DNA of 64,000 nucleotides from the human T2T-CHM13v2.0 reference genome, Homo sapiens. The notes under the pieces are model-generated. The model was given only the letters and a program-made list of their open reading frames with translations. It was not told where the DNA came from and did not search any database. How positions within the stretch are numbered: position 1 is the first letter of the stretch; the number at the start of each line of letters is the position of its first letter. The stretch lies in assembly GCF_009914755.1 (NCBI RefSeq), contig NC_060933.1, one strand, 5' to 3'. Below, piece by piece: positions 49,027-64,000 of the stretch. The translations under genes and the position numbers were made by a program.

Positions 49027-49261
49027 CGATAGGACAGTGGTTTGGGGCAGACAAAGGCAAGAAGAGTCTTAGCCAAGGTAAATGGATGTGGGGGTATGAA
49101 CACATTAGAAAACTAGTACCAGATGAAGAGCAAAAAGGAGAACAGGGACATTCTGCCACATGAGTTGTAATATTCAAAAGACCTGTGAAAAACATGAGGA
49201 GCAAATTTGAATTGAATTTATCATCAAACCTCAGGGAAATTATTTCATAAGAACTGTTAGG

Positions 49262-49566
<305 letters not shown>

Positions 49567-49599
49567 TTAGGATGTAAAAAGCATGTCAGAATCACGCAT

Positions 49600-49990
49600 G
49601 ACTGTAAAATCAAAGCAAGCACTGTTTATAATAACAAAAAATTGGATACAACCTAAATGTCCTCCCAAAGAGAAGTGGTGACAATAAGTATGGTACTCCC
49701 ATACAATGGAATTCTCTGAGACCGGAAAAAAATTATATACATTCCATGTTACTAAACACTGAAAATATCTATACTGGCAATGAGAAAACAGCAATTAAAC
49801 AAAACACATACTATTATCTAACTTCTACTTCCAAAGCCACACTAACATATATGTATGTAGATGTGTATAGAATAAAGACTAGAAAAGTATAAACTAGAAT
49901 GGCCACAGTAGGTGACTAAATGGCAAATGAATTTTATTTTCTCCTCCCCTTTTCTCTATTTTCTGCATTTTCCTATTTTATAAATGAAAA
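49600..49990 (+). mobile_element. L1ME-like 3' fragment
   Basis: GCACTGTTTATAATAACAAAAAATTGGATACAACCTAAATGTCC...CCATACAATGGAAT. Confidence 0.7.
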
Positions 49991-50092
49991 ACAATGACTC
50001 TCATAATGAGGAAACTGTAAAGATACATACACACAAATACTACAATTACTCTCATAATGAGGATATTGTAAAGATACATACACACAAATACT
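49991..50092. repeat. 51-bp tandem duplication (2 copies, 3 mismatches)
   Basis: ACAATGACTCTCATAATGAGGAAACTGTAAAGATACATACACACAAATACT repeated head-to-tail. Confidence 0.92.
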
Positions 50093-50359
50093 TTCTTTTT
50101 AAGGCAATAAATGATGTTCTCTATTGGCAGAGACCCAAAGGAGTGCTGCTGCCTGGCAGAGGTATTAGAGCAGTGACAAAATTCCAGAGTCTTCATGAAA
50201 ACAGGATTCTGAAACAAAGACACAAACTTTGGAAGAAAAAACCCCCAAACTACCAACAATGATCATAATATATATAAATCCTTCTTTTCAGCCAAAAAAA
50301 CATGATGACCTAAGCCACTTCATTCAAAACAATAATCCAAAAAAGAAACAGAAAGGACA

Positions 50360-50545
50360 ATCTATTAAGCACATATTATGTGTCAGATACTTTCACATTA
50401 TTTCTCTTTCACAACAACTTGCAAGGTAGCATCTGTATTTTGCAGATAAAAGGCTCAAAAGGAACAAGCACACTTCTAGTGCACATTGGACCGCAGAGCC
50501 TATACCTAGTTTACCAGACTTCCAAGCCTGAGCTCTTTCCACTGC
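50360..50545 (-). mobile_element. MIR
   Basis: TATTAAGCACATATTATGTGTCAGATAC...TTTTGCAGATAAA...GACTTCCAAGCCTGAGCTCTTTCCACT. Confidence 0.7.
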
Positions 50546-50854
50546 ACAAGGCTTCAAACGAGATCCTTAATGCATAGTTCTCAAAGTGGTATAAGCTGAA
50601 ATCTCAGATGCCCAAACAACTTCAGAAAGGACTCCATTATCCTCTGTTAAATACAAAACAAGTATTAAAGAATAGGAGGGCAGAGGAAGGGGAAAGGCAG
50701 CAAGGGTCTGATGTGAAGGCAGCCAAGCAGGTTATGTTAAAGACTTCTGACCCCTAACATAAAACGATATTTTTAGAAATGCTCCTTTTGCCTTCTTTTG
50801 GGGATGGCAGTGGTAATGCAATGTTCAAACAAAAGATGTTAATTAGATGTCAGA

Positions 50855-51162
<308 letters not shown>

Positions 51163-51797
51163 GATTTTGATTAGATAGTTACCAGAGGTAAGTAGAAGAA
51201 AGCAGATTTAAGAAGTATCCAAGAGGTAAAACTGACAAGATCCTACTGATTGATGTGCTATTATCTTAAACCCAACAACATATAAGCTTAATTCTAAACA
51301 TACTTATATATACCTTAACGACTAACAAGCTCTGAAGGCATTTCCAATTTAGGATATCACAACTTCAGTTCTACCTTCATTTTTGCCTTTATAAGGCACA
51401 ACCACCCAAGCTGATTTACATATTTAAAAGTATTTGATTGACCAACTGATGGATAAATAAAACTGTGACCTATCCATACAATGAAATATTAAGAGGCAAA
51501 GAAAATAATAAAATATTGATATATGGCACAACATGGATGAACCTTGAAAATATAAAAAGAAGCCAGTTACAAAGTACCACATATAGTATAATTCCATTTG
51601 TATGAAATGTCCAGAAGAGGCAATCCATAGAGAAAAAGTAGATTATGGTGGCTGCCTATGGCTGGAGGAATGGCAGTGTTGTGGGGGGGCCAGGAAGGTG
51701 AAAGCTAAAGGGTACGGGTTTCTTTTCTGAGGTAATAAAAACGGTTTAAAATTGAATGTAGTGATAGTTAGACAATATACTAAAAACTACTGAAACT

Positions 51798-52476
<679 letters not shown>

Positions 52477-53105
52477 TTAAAAAGTATTGGGCTTTTTTAA
52501 CACTTATTGGTTATCTATGATGTACTGGACAGTAAGGCAAACACAGGATAAACAGATGAAAACAACAGGACTTCAGCCCCAGAAGAGCAAAAAATCTGCA
52601 AAAAATAAAACCCCTGTAAACCAAGTGGCTTCTAGTATTAAGATAGAATACCTTGCTATGTGGGAAACATCCTTGACATCTTTAAGAAAAAAAATGTTTA
52701 CTTTACCTAAGAAACAAGTCCAGTTTTCTTTTAATTCTTAACTCTACAGAGGTATTTATTTAATAACAGATCTATTCCAATTCACTAACCAAAAAGAGTA
52801 CTTAATCATGCACTTAAAGAAAATTCTCTATAAGATATAATTCCTTTGTTTGAAAAAAAAAGAGAGAGAGAAGCTATCTCCAGATAAAACGCTTTATCCA
52901 GGGACTTCTTTTTTTTAGAGTGGGCACTCTAAAAAAATGGGATCTAATTGTTTCATGTTTTTATTAATGCAAAACGACATTACCCTTCAGTTTTGTGTCC
53001 AGCCACGTAACATTTTGTTCAGCTGATACGCTTTTACTTGAACAGATACAAAAAAGATTCATTTTCAAATTTGCACCAAAGGTCTGAAGATCAGGGCTGG
53101 ACTGA

Positions 53106-53477
<372 letters not shown>

Positions 53478-53489
53478 TAAATGTTTCAA

Positions 53490-53845
53490 TATAAACACAT
53501 TCGTGGCAGAATTTTTAAAACAACAAGAAGTTAGAAACAATCTACTTTTCCAATACAAGTATATTGGAAAATATATAATAAATGATGTATAAATGAATAA
53601 TAGTTGATGATAGAATATTATACAGCCATTAAAATTGATATTTTACAAATACTTCCAATGATATGAACACAATGTGCTTTTTATGTTAACTGTAAAATAT
53701 CAGTTACAAAATAGCATATTTGATATCATCTCAATTTTATAAAACCAAAGATGGAAAGGAGAAAACTGGTAAGGATATTTACAAAATGACAAGTAAGATT
53801 ATCTATATAATATTATTATGACTTTCAATTTTTAATAATTTTGTA
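53490..53845 (+). mobile_element. L1ME-like fragment
   Basis: GAATATTATACAGCCATTAAAA and CAGTTACAAAATAGCATAT. Confidence 0.6.
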
Positions 53846-53847
53846 TA

Positions 53848-54160
53848 GGCTGGGCGTGGTGGCTCATGCCTGTAATCTCAACACTTTGGGAGGCCGAGGG
53901 GGGCGGATCACGAGCTCAGGATATCGAGACCAGCCTGGCCAACATGAGGAAACCCCATCTCTACTAAAAATACAAAAATTATCTGGACGTGGTGGCGTGC
54001 ACCTGTAGTCCCAGCTACTCGGGAGGCTGAGGCAGAAGAATTGCTGGGACCCAGGAGGCAGAGGTTTCAGTCAGCCGAGATTGTGCCACTGCACTCCAGC
54101 CTGGTGACAGAGCAAGACTCTGTCTCAAAAAAATAATAATAATGATAATAATAATAATAA
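53848..54160 (+). mobile_element. Alu (Sc/Sg-like) with (AAT)n tail
   Basis: TSD TAATAATTTTGTATA. Confidence 0.94.
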
Positions 54161-54369
54161 TTTTGTATAATTAAATTTTTTTAGAATAAATGAGTATTTC
54201 TATCGGGGTAAGAAATCAATAAGTTTGTAGTCATTTTTCATCTCCTCATCAAGTAAAATGCAGAGGAAAATTTTTCTGAGCCAAAATGAGAGTTCTAGTT
54301 ATTTGAGTTCTAGTTGCCTAAAGTTTTTACATACTAGTCTAATGTGCTGACTTCTCTATTTTCTCTGGA

Positions 54370-54740
54370 CTTTTACCAATGTTGTTCTTTGTACCAGAAG
54401 CATTTGTAGCAACCCTTCCTAGACCCCTTCCACTGGCTGACTCTGAAGAATAAAGAGGCAGAGGTGTCACTTCCTCCAGGAAGACTTTGGGCACCACTCA
54501 CATATGTGCCGATGGAACTCTGGGCTTAGGGGTTCCACACCATTTATCATAGTACGTGGTACTGTGGTTGCCTGGTTTCATATTCTCCTCCCCTACCAGA
54601 CTCTAAGATACTCTGAAGGCCAGAAACGTCTACCTTTTGTTCACTACTATATCCACTATCATTCCTAGCACATAGTATGAACATGGAATATTCATTTTTG
54701 GAAAAAGTGAATGTATTAATGAATGAGTGAGTAAGTGAAT
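54370..54740 (+). mobile_element. L2 3' fragment
   Basis: TGTCACTTCCTCCAGGAAG...CAGACTCTAAGATACTCTGAAGGCCAG...GAATGAGTGAGTAAGTGAAT. Confidence 0.7.
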
Positions 54741-55974
54741 AGTCTACCTTAGAAGCTAGGCATGCCTAATTCTTAGAAGCATTTACTCTGAAGTAAAGCA
54801 GGGGTGTTTCATATAATGAAAACATCGGAGTGTAATCACTCAGTACTTTAAGCAAAAGACAGGTCTTAATGCTGCTTGTGTTTTCAGAGTTCAAAACTCT
54901 GAAAGCATGAAGCTAGTAGAAAGTTAAATATATCCAATAACAGGGTATTAAATATGTTAATGTCTTAAATACACAATTTGCAAATAAACAGAAGTAAGTT
55001 GAAATTAAGGGAGACAATTAAAATAGATTATACCACATTTCCTGAACTTGGTTCCCAAAGATCAGATTCAGATGTTGCTTTTATTCATAAGCTTTGAAAA
55101 AGTAAATAAAACATTCTGCACACTGCTCACCATAAATCTTAACTCACCATTCAAATTTAATCTAAACACAAACATAAACCTAAAACCTCCTCCAGTCCCA
55201 CAAATACTCAGACAACCAAAATCTGATTTCCAGGACAAAAATGTTACTCTACAAGTACAATATTTATGCTGAAGAGATAAATTATGCAAATCACAATGGT
55301 TTATGCTTATGTTATAGCTACGCTTACGCTTCTGCATACGACAAGTTTCAAGAGTCTACAAATTTACATAAAGCTCAGGTTGTCTAATGATTAAACAATT
55401 TTACTATTTAGGACAGTTTTAATATTGATTTAGCTTTAAGATATATTTGGGAACAGCTTCAAATGATATGCACTGCTTTACATTATTGACTTAGCACTTG
55501 ATCACAGTATCTCTATAACAATCTCAAAAATTAATTCACAAATTAAACCTCTACTTCATTTAAACCACTATTATATTCACCTTTCTTCCATGCTGTCTAG
55601 AAATATTTTTTCTTAAGTAATTTCAATGAAATCGCAAAGCTATATTTAAACTAGATCAATCATCCCTAACCTTTGGCTAACTGACAACCCAATTAGCCAA
55701 AACTGTATTGGTAAATTTTCCAAATGTAAGTTTTAAAATTCTTTTATATTTTTAAAATATCGATACATATATGAAAATGTTGGAAGATTTTAGAATAATT
55801 GAAATTTCAAGCAAAGTAATTAGTGACACCTCAATTAACAGTGGAATAGCATCCGATTTTTCCAGTGAATTTGGGAAAAAGGCAAAATTTCTGCTTAAAA
55901 CAAGAAAAAAAATTCCTATTCAAGGAATGGAGGAAAGCATCACATGAATAAGAAACAAACATGACTATCTTCTT

Positions 55975-56830
55975 AGTCAAAAAGACTTTCCTGCCACACT
56001 GCTGTAGCACTGGAGATTCTGGGAGCACAGTCCCAGCCCTGGAGTTGCTCACAATGTAGCAGGGAAGACAGCTGTGCAAACAGATAATTAGGGTTCAGAG
56101 TATTCAGGGGATGTTGCCCTAAGGTCTTTGCAGTAGTCTGGTGCTACTTTTTTAACTATTTACCACTACTACTACTATACTACCACTACTAAAAGTAAAT
56201 AAAGTATTTTCAAGAATTTCTAAATCTAGTTTGGAGCGCTATACAAATGTACAAATAATTGTCCCACAAGGGACAAAGTAATAAGTGCCTTAAGAAAAAG
56301 ACTGCAAAATAAGAGGTATTCCTGGGAAACAATATGGATAGGACACAATATCAAAAGAGTGTCAGAAAGAGATGGAGGTAGAAAGGTAAGCAAGCCTACA
56401 CTCAAGGAGGGATACTGAGCACAGAGGTAAGGGCTTACTCTGAATACAGAGAGTCTGCAATAAATGAAGTTTTGGGGCTGAGCACTGGCAAAGTCAGAGG
56501 TGTTTTTAAAAGCCTCCAATCTCAATCACTAGAGTATCCTAGAGAAAGTCTAAAGTTAAAGTGGGCAGGTACTGCAACAAGCCTATAGTAGGTCAGTGGG
56601 AATGAAAAGGAGTTAAAAGAGTGATGTGAACTCACAGTATAAACCACTCCCCTGCCCTCCAACTGCGGAGCAATAATAATGAGACTTTTTCTTTTAAGGA
56701 GAGGACTGTTCCAGAAGGCAATGCAAACTAAAACAATCTACTTCCAGGACTTGGTAAATGACAAGAGTGGAAGAAGAAATAAGATGACGATCATTCAAGT
56801 TTTTAAGCCCGTGAGACCCAGAGAATGGAC
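55975..56830 (-). mobile_element. Degenerate L2
   Basis: AGTCCCAGCCCTGGAGTTGCTCACAATGTAG and AAGATGACGATCATTCAAGTTTTTAAGCC. Confidence 0.5.
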
Positions 56831-57240
56831 ACTTACAGAGGCTGATTAATACAGTATGAATACAGTATTCTCTGTATGTGCTTATGCTACAAAGCATTTT
56901 ATAAAGACAGCTTCCAGTGTACCTTTTGGAAAGGGAATGTGTTTGCACTTTGTAGAAAAGAACGGGAACTTTAAACCCACCTGTGCTGAACCCAACTACC
57001 CACTAGGCGAGGTTAATATGTGTCCACATTTATGCTCTCATTGCAGTGCAAGACAAGACTGCCCAAGCCTTAAAGTATCCCACTGGGCAGGTTTGTGCGA
57101 GGGCCTTCACCTCCTGTTTAATAGTGTGGATGAACAGTTGTTCTCCATTTCACAGATATCACCACTGCAAAAACTGAGGCCACGGGGAAAGTAAGGGGAT
57201 CAGGTGACTACTTAAGGTGATGGAAATTCTTGCTATGTAT

Positions 57241-57531
57241 TTCTTTTTTTTAGTTAAGACAGAGTTTTGCTCTGCCACCCAGGTCGGAGTGCAGTGGCTC
57301 GTTATTGCCTAACTGCAACCTCCACCTCCCAGGTTCAAGCAATTCTCCTGCCTCAGCCTCCTGAGTTGCTGGGACTACAGTCCTGTACCACTACACCCGG
57401 CTTTTTTTTTTTTTTTTTTTAGTAGAGGTGAGGTTTCACCATGTTGGCCAGGCTGGTCTCAAACTCCTGACCTCAGGTGATCGGCCCGCCTCGGCCTCCC
57501 AAAGTGCTGGGATGAGCCACCACGCCCAGCC
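57241..57531 (-). mobile_element. Alu (Sx-like) with small internal deletions
   Basis: Dimer in reverse. GGGATGAGCCAC lacks the usual TACAGGCG. Confidence 0.93.
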
Positions 57532-57561
57532 TATGTATTTATTTACGAAAGAATGGATGCA

Positions 57562-57664
57562 GGCTGGGCGCATCCATTCTTGAGTAAATCAGTGAACCAA
57601 GCTTGCACCATTGCACTCCAGCCTGGGCAACAGAGCCAGATGCTGTCTCCAAAAAAAAAAAAAA
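57562..57664 (+). mobile_element. Alu remnant: 5' head and 3' end only, body deleted
   Basis: GGCTGGGCGC, then non-Alu sequence, then CAGTGAACCAAG...TGCACTCCAGCCTGGGCAACAGAGC and an A-tail. Confidence 0.85.
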
Positions 57665-59224
57665 GTATGCAAAAATAAAAATACACAAAAACTTGACAGA
57701 AACAAATGGCAATGTGAACACATTGCTGGGGCCTTTTCCCAGGGCCTTGAAGGAAAATCCACCTCTGGGCCTGTGCACCTATTTAGAAGAACTGGAGCTT
57801 GCTGGTCCTCTGAGGAAGCTGAAAGGAAGGCAGGAAGAGGGTAGTCTCGGGAACCACAGACACCTTCCCTTGTGAGAAGCAGCAGTAAACTTTCTGGACA
57901 GCACCCAAAGAGTTAAAATTACCCATGAAAATATAAGTCAAAAGAGTGGAGTGGCTTAGAATGGCTGATTACTCTTCTAAGAATCTCATTTGACAGAGGT
58001 AAAATACAAAGAAAGTGTGCGCTAGTTTTTACAGAAAACATATGGGAACTTACCTGGGGAAATTTGCTTTCTCTTAACTAAACAAGGAGTCTTTTCAGGT
58101 ATTTTGAGTTGAAATTGGGAAGGACAGTCTTAATTATAGAAAATGTGGAGAAAGACTGAGCCATTGGAGAATGGTGACCATGGTGCATTAATATTCAACT
58201 TCATTCCTGGGTAGGTGGAAGAAGACTAGAACAGGACTTAGAATTTTACATACAAAGACCCAGTACAGAAGAAACGGAGGGAAAAAAAAAGTCAGTCTCT
58301 ACCTGAATAAGCTTACACACGAGACTTTAAGAGAAAGATCAACAAATATTAAAGAAAATTACTTTATCCCCCAAACTGTGGCTCTTCAAAATAAAGTTAC
58401 AACAGATATGAAATGTAAACCCTTTTCTGTCCCGGATACCATATAATCAGGGTTCCATGAGAATGCATGCATGGGGCAAGCAAATTTCGTCAGAACTCCC
58501 TCTCTAGCTCTGAACCCCAACTGCAGAAAGGGGGAGAGGCCCTGCCCCAAATGTGGGGGGCAGAGTCCTGCTGGGAACCCACAGGATGACTGTGATACAG
58601 GTGGGGCAGAAAGAGCAAAACCACAAAGAGTGGCATCCTCAAGGGAAGGTCATTGATCTGCGGCACAATAACTCCCACCCTGCAACAGTCTAATTCCCTT
58701 CCCCCATCCCAAAACTCACCCCAAACCCACGTGGTTGGGCAGGTTCTCCCCTCTCCTACTTCTTAGTGGGAAGGGACTGGAAAGAGCAAAAGATCTGACA
58801 ATCAGTGATTAAACAGGACAGGCTAGAGACGAGTAACAGTGATTCCAGGCTCCCTTGAAAATAATAAATGGCAGAGGGGACAGGAAGAGAGCCAATTAGT
58901 ACATTCCCAGGCAAGAGAGAGCTGAGGCCAAAGTAAAGAATGGAATTAAACACCAATTTTGCCAGTCTGCCTACTTCAGCAACATCTCTCTTCACCGATG
59001 TGAAACTGACAAGCAACCAAGACAAAGGTACAAAACTTCCAAGAGTGTCAGAAGCCCTGGGCAGGGGGAAACTAGTTCTCCCTCCATCCACCATCACCTG
59101 TGATCTTGAGTCAGTCATCTCAGAGCCCTCTCTAGACTTTACTCCTATTAGCTGTAAAATGAAGAACGGGGAAACAAAATAATTTTCCTAAGTCGGCCTG
59201 GTGCTAGCATTCTAGAATTCTGAA

Positions 59225-59420
59225 AACAGCATGATGTGCATGAAAGAGTATGGACTCTGGAGCCACGCTGCCTGAGTTTAAATCCCAGCTCTGCCAGAAT
59301 TAGCTGTCTGTCACTGGGCAAGTTACTTGACCTCTTTGTGCCTCAATTTCCTCACTTGTAAGAGACAAGAATGACATGCTTTACATCATGGAGCTATCCT
59401 GATGATGAAATGATCTGTTA
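59225..59420 (+). mobile_element. MIR
   Basis: GGACTCTGGAGCCACGCTGCCTGAGTTTAAATCCCAGCTCTGCC...GGGCAAGTTACTTGACCTCTTTGTGCCTCAATTTCCTCA. Confidence 0.88.
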
Positions 59421-59558
59421 GCTGAAGTTACGGTAGTGGGCTTATTCTATATCCGGTACCTTTTGAGTGTATTTTTGTGGTGAATCACCTAAAGAGGGTA
59501 ACTACTCTGGCCACCGCTTCCTACAGTGCTTCCCCTCCTAGGCAAAAGGTAGATAATA

Positions 59559-59693
59559 TTTTCTTTCTTCTTTGTAGAGACGAGGGTCTCACTTTGTTGC
59601 CCGGGCTGGTCTTGAACTTCTTGCTTCAGGTGATCCTCCTGGTTCAGCGTCCCAAAGTGCTAGGATTAGAAGCATGAGCCAACGCGCCCTGCC
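59559..59693 (-). mobile_element. Alu left monomer (FLAM-like)
   Basis: Single monomer. Flanking repeat TAGA(T/C)AATATT. Confidence 0.85.
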
Positions 59694-60113
59694 CTTAGAC
59701 AATATTAATCAAGCACAGAATTATTTCCTTAGCCAGGATGCAGCTTCAGAACCGTTACTGAATTAGAATCACTGAATCATAGCACACAAGATGAGTCAGC
59801 CACATCCTAAATATGGGTAATATTGTGTCCCTTCATCACTAATTCCATCACATTTGGTTCAAACTGGTTCAAATGTAGTACCCTCAAACATACAGTTCCA
59901 GAAAACTCCTTCTGGTGGAAAGGATGTCCAGGATCTTTACAGAAGAGAATCTCCAGCCTGGATTTGTGACAACTGAACTCTCTGACTTCCAGTTCCACGG
60001 ACCAAGCAAACCATAGCTATCTCCGCAGATATTTTTACGTTACCAGTGAAAAACAATGGGTAACCACAGATGAACTGACTTGGCTGATGACACTCCATAA
60101 AGAGGTCATTCCT

Positions 60114-60445
<332 letters not shown>

Positions 60446-60619
60446 TCAATGACAGTCTACAGTCCAAGGCAAGGCCTTGGGAGCAAATTCTTGGTGGTGA
60501 TATGGTAGGATAAAGAGAAAAGGGAGCCCTTTAATTAACAAGATCAGTGCCTAGCAAATTTGATCCTGGCAAAGATCAGAGGATAAGGAAGGAGAGAAAT
60601 CAACTCCTTCATATGCCTC

Positions 60620-61695
60620 ACACCCTGCCAAGGTTGACTTGCAGGACAATCCCACACTCCTCAGCCTCAACATGTCCAATATGCAGGGCCTCCTCTTTCC
60701 CACCTGTTTTTCCTTCTAGATTCCCCACCTTAGTTGAAACGAATTCCACCTCCTACCTCAAACCAAGCTCCTCCTTGGCATCTCTATTCCCTCTACTCCA
60801 TTAGCACCTGGTTAAATTGTAATACAATCAAAGTCTCTAGTCTTGCTCCTCTCAAATCCATCCTCCAACCAAATCTCACAGATAATTCTGCTTAAAACCC
60901 AAAGGTTCTTACATGCAACAACATGGATCAATCTCAGAAGTATTATGCTAAAGGAAAGAGACAGAATTAAAGCACTACATACTGCATGAGTCCATTTACA
61001 TGATATTTTGAGAAACACAAAACTATAGGGGCAGAAAACATCAGTGGTTGCTAGGGACTGGGGGTGGGAGGAGTTAGTCACTCAGGAGCACTGGGGGATT
61101 TTAGGGAGTAATATAAATGTTCTTCGTCTTGATTGTCACGGTGGCCATGGCACTTATATCAAACACACCAAACAATACAATAAAATGGGTCCATTTTACT
61201 GTGTATAAATTATACCTTAATTTAAAAGAAACTAGGGGAAAACCCTATAGACCCTCCCCATTGCCTACAAGTTCCATGGCGTTCCTGATCTGGCCCATAT
61301 CTTACCCTACACACTTCAACAACACTCAACTTTTTAAAATGTCCTGTGCTTTCCATGCAGAAGCATCTCACCACTGTACCCTTCTTCAACGCAGCTTTTC
61401 CAGATTAATTCCTAAGTCCTCCAGGCATGTCTCCCTGCTTCTCCCACCTCTCATACACTCAGGCTATGTGTTTGATAGGTGTCCTCTTGGCTCTTACAAT
61501 GCCTGGTGTTTCATTATTATTTCATTCACAGAAATGTATTATACATGTTATAGGCATATGTTATAGTATAATGGTCTTGTCTCTCACCAGTCAACTAAGA
61601 TCCAAATTCTCTGAGAAACGAACTACTATTCATTCACATGTGTACATGCTGCCTGGCACACTGCAGACACTCAATAAGCCTTTATTGGAATAAAT
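60620..61695 (+). mobile_element. L2 fragments interrupted by an L1M
   Basis: CTCAGCCTCAACATGTCCAA...CTCAAATCCATCCTCC and GCCTGGCACACTGCAGACACTCAATAAG. Confidence 0.6.
60910..61228 (+). mobile_element. L1MC/MD-like 3' fragment
   Basis: ACATGCAACAACATGGATCAATCTCAGAAGTATTATGCT...CAGTGGTTGCTAGGG...TTTACTGTGTATAAATTATACCTTAAT. Confidence 0.85.
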
Positions 61696-61846
61696 GTTTC
61701 TTAAAGGCAGGTTTGGCCTGTCCACTTTGTTGGTATACCCTCATCACTTACAAGAGTGCCTACTTGGCTCAATAAATACAGGTAGTCCTCATTTTGCATG
61801 ATAATGCAATACCACAAAAGTGATCATGCGCGCTGAAATCATGTGA

Positions 61847-62139
<293 letters not shown>

Positions 62140-62905
62140 ATGAAATGATTTTAATAATCAACAGAAATATTATGATTGTTCTATGACCTTTAATTTTTTT
62201 GTCAAAACAGTAAAAACTGTCTATCAGCTATAAATGTGTAGGAAAATGAAAAGTATATTTATTTAGTACTCTAAAACATCAGAAACTCTGAGAATTGTTT
62301 TATTTATTTATAAAAAACTGTGTCAATAGTAGTTTCAATGGGAATGCCTTATTCTCGTTGCTAATTTACAATTCTAAACAAGCATCTTTTCCATGCCTTG
62401 GTAGATAGGTATACTTCCTTCTAAGTTCAGACTTGCTTCCAACATTTTATCCTTTGTGTTTTCACAGTTATACAATATCTGTGAGAGTTCCTCTCATATG
62501 ATTTTTTTTGCCAGCATCTTTCCTCTGTTACATCTTCATCCTTTTCATCACAACCACTTCATAACTGACTTTGATAAGTTAGTTATCTTTCACTAAGTGC
62601 TCCTAGCTAAATATATAGAGCCTCTAGAACACTGGCTGAGTTGACATTCCCTTGGTAAGCTTTTTTTTTTTTTTTTTTTAAGAATGCTGTTTACAATTAG
62701 CTAAAATTTTAATCCAATTTTAACACTTCATTTATTTGATGCACTTTGATCTTTGACAATTCTCCCCTTTAATTATCCATTTTTATGAAATGCTACATGG
62801 GTCTATCACTGGGAGACAAGAAGGCAACACGACTACATGCTTTGCTGTCCGCTGATGAACAAAATAACAGGAAGTGCTAGTGTATGGGATTTTATACAAT
62901 TATAG

Positions 62906-63204
<299 letters not shown>

Positions 63205-63663
63205 CAATTATAGTTAATGTAACATGATAACTGAAACTTGGACTGTGTTGAGGGACTAGTATTATTTAGTTAACCATGGCAACTGAAAATTGTGTATATT
63301 AAAATCATGCAAAGTGAGAAATATCTGCATTTAGCAAATACAAATTATTTTAGAATGAACTGGCTCACCACTGGGCCAAATTTAAGAAACAGAGATTGAT
63401 GCCCTTCCCATTACACCTTCTGACTGATAACATCACAGAATCACAGCAACTTCCTAAAGACCCCATTCACAGTCAACTATAACAGATGAGAGGAGAAATC
63501 TAGATTATAATTCGAACACTGTTACTAGTAACAAAGTCACATACTGACACTGTGTTTCTATGACTTGCCCTATAAAATAAGTAATACTACTACCTCTTCA
63601 CAGGGTGGCGTGAGGACCAAAAGAGAAAATAGATTAAAAAGTACTTTTAAAAATTCAACTAGA

Positions 63664-63977
<314 letters not shown>

Positions 63978-64000
63978 TCATACCAACTATACACTCAGTA

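Noticed and set aside
53546-53571. Hairpin TTTTCCAATA-N6-TATTGGAAAA
   Set aside because: AT-rich 10-bp stem inside a decayed L1; near chance expectation.
58047-58060. ACTTACCTGG resembling the U1 snRNA 5' end
   Set aside because: The match stops after 10 nt. It is simply the complement of a splice-donor consensus.

Overview
Primate (almost certainly human) non-coding genomic DNA. It is AT-rich, with about 43 Alu copies (roughly 19% of the window) plus old L1M, L2, MIR, MLT1, hAT and Tigger fossils. I found no intact protein-coding exon, tRNA, rRNA or snRNA. The ORF track is Alu-derived or chance ORFs. The only gene-derived sequence is a processed pseudogene of LSM1 on the minus strand (about 47066-47939). 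It was copied from an exon-skipped mRNA, carries an unexplained 53-nt insert just after its ATG, and sits inside the terminal repeat of a MER5A. Compositional skew, L1 orientation and minus-strand splice signals suggest a large intron of a minus-strand gene, which I cannot name. The first 5.5 kb has no recognisable repeats and looks regulatory. The best unexpected signals are DNA-repair or retrotransposition scars: a 32-bp insertion into an Alu copied from 1.9 kb away, and an Alu whose body is replaced by an inverted copy of its own flank. I see no support for a novel multi-gene system. Repeat subfamily names and LSM1 comparisons rely on recalled consensus sequences, and repeat boundaries are approximate.
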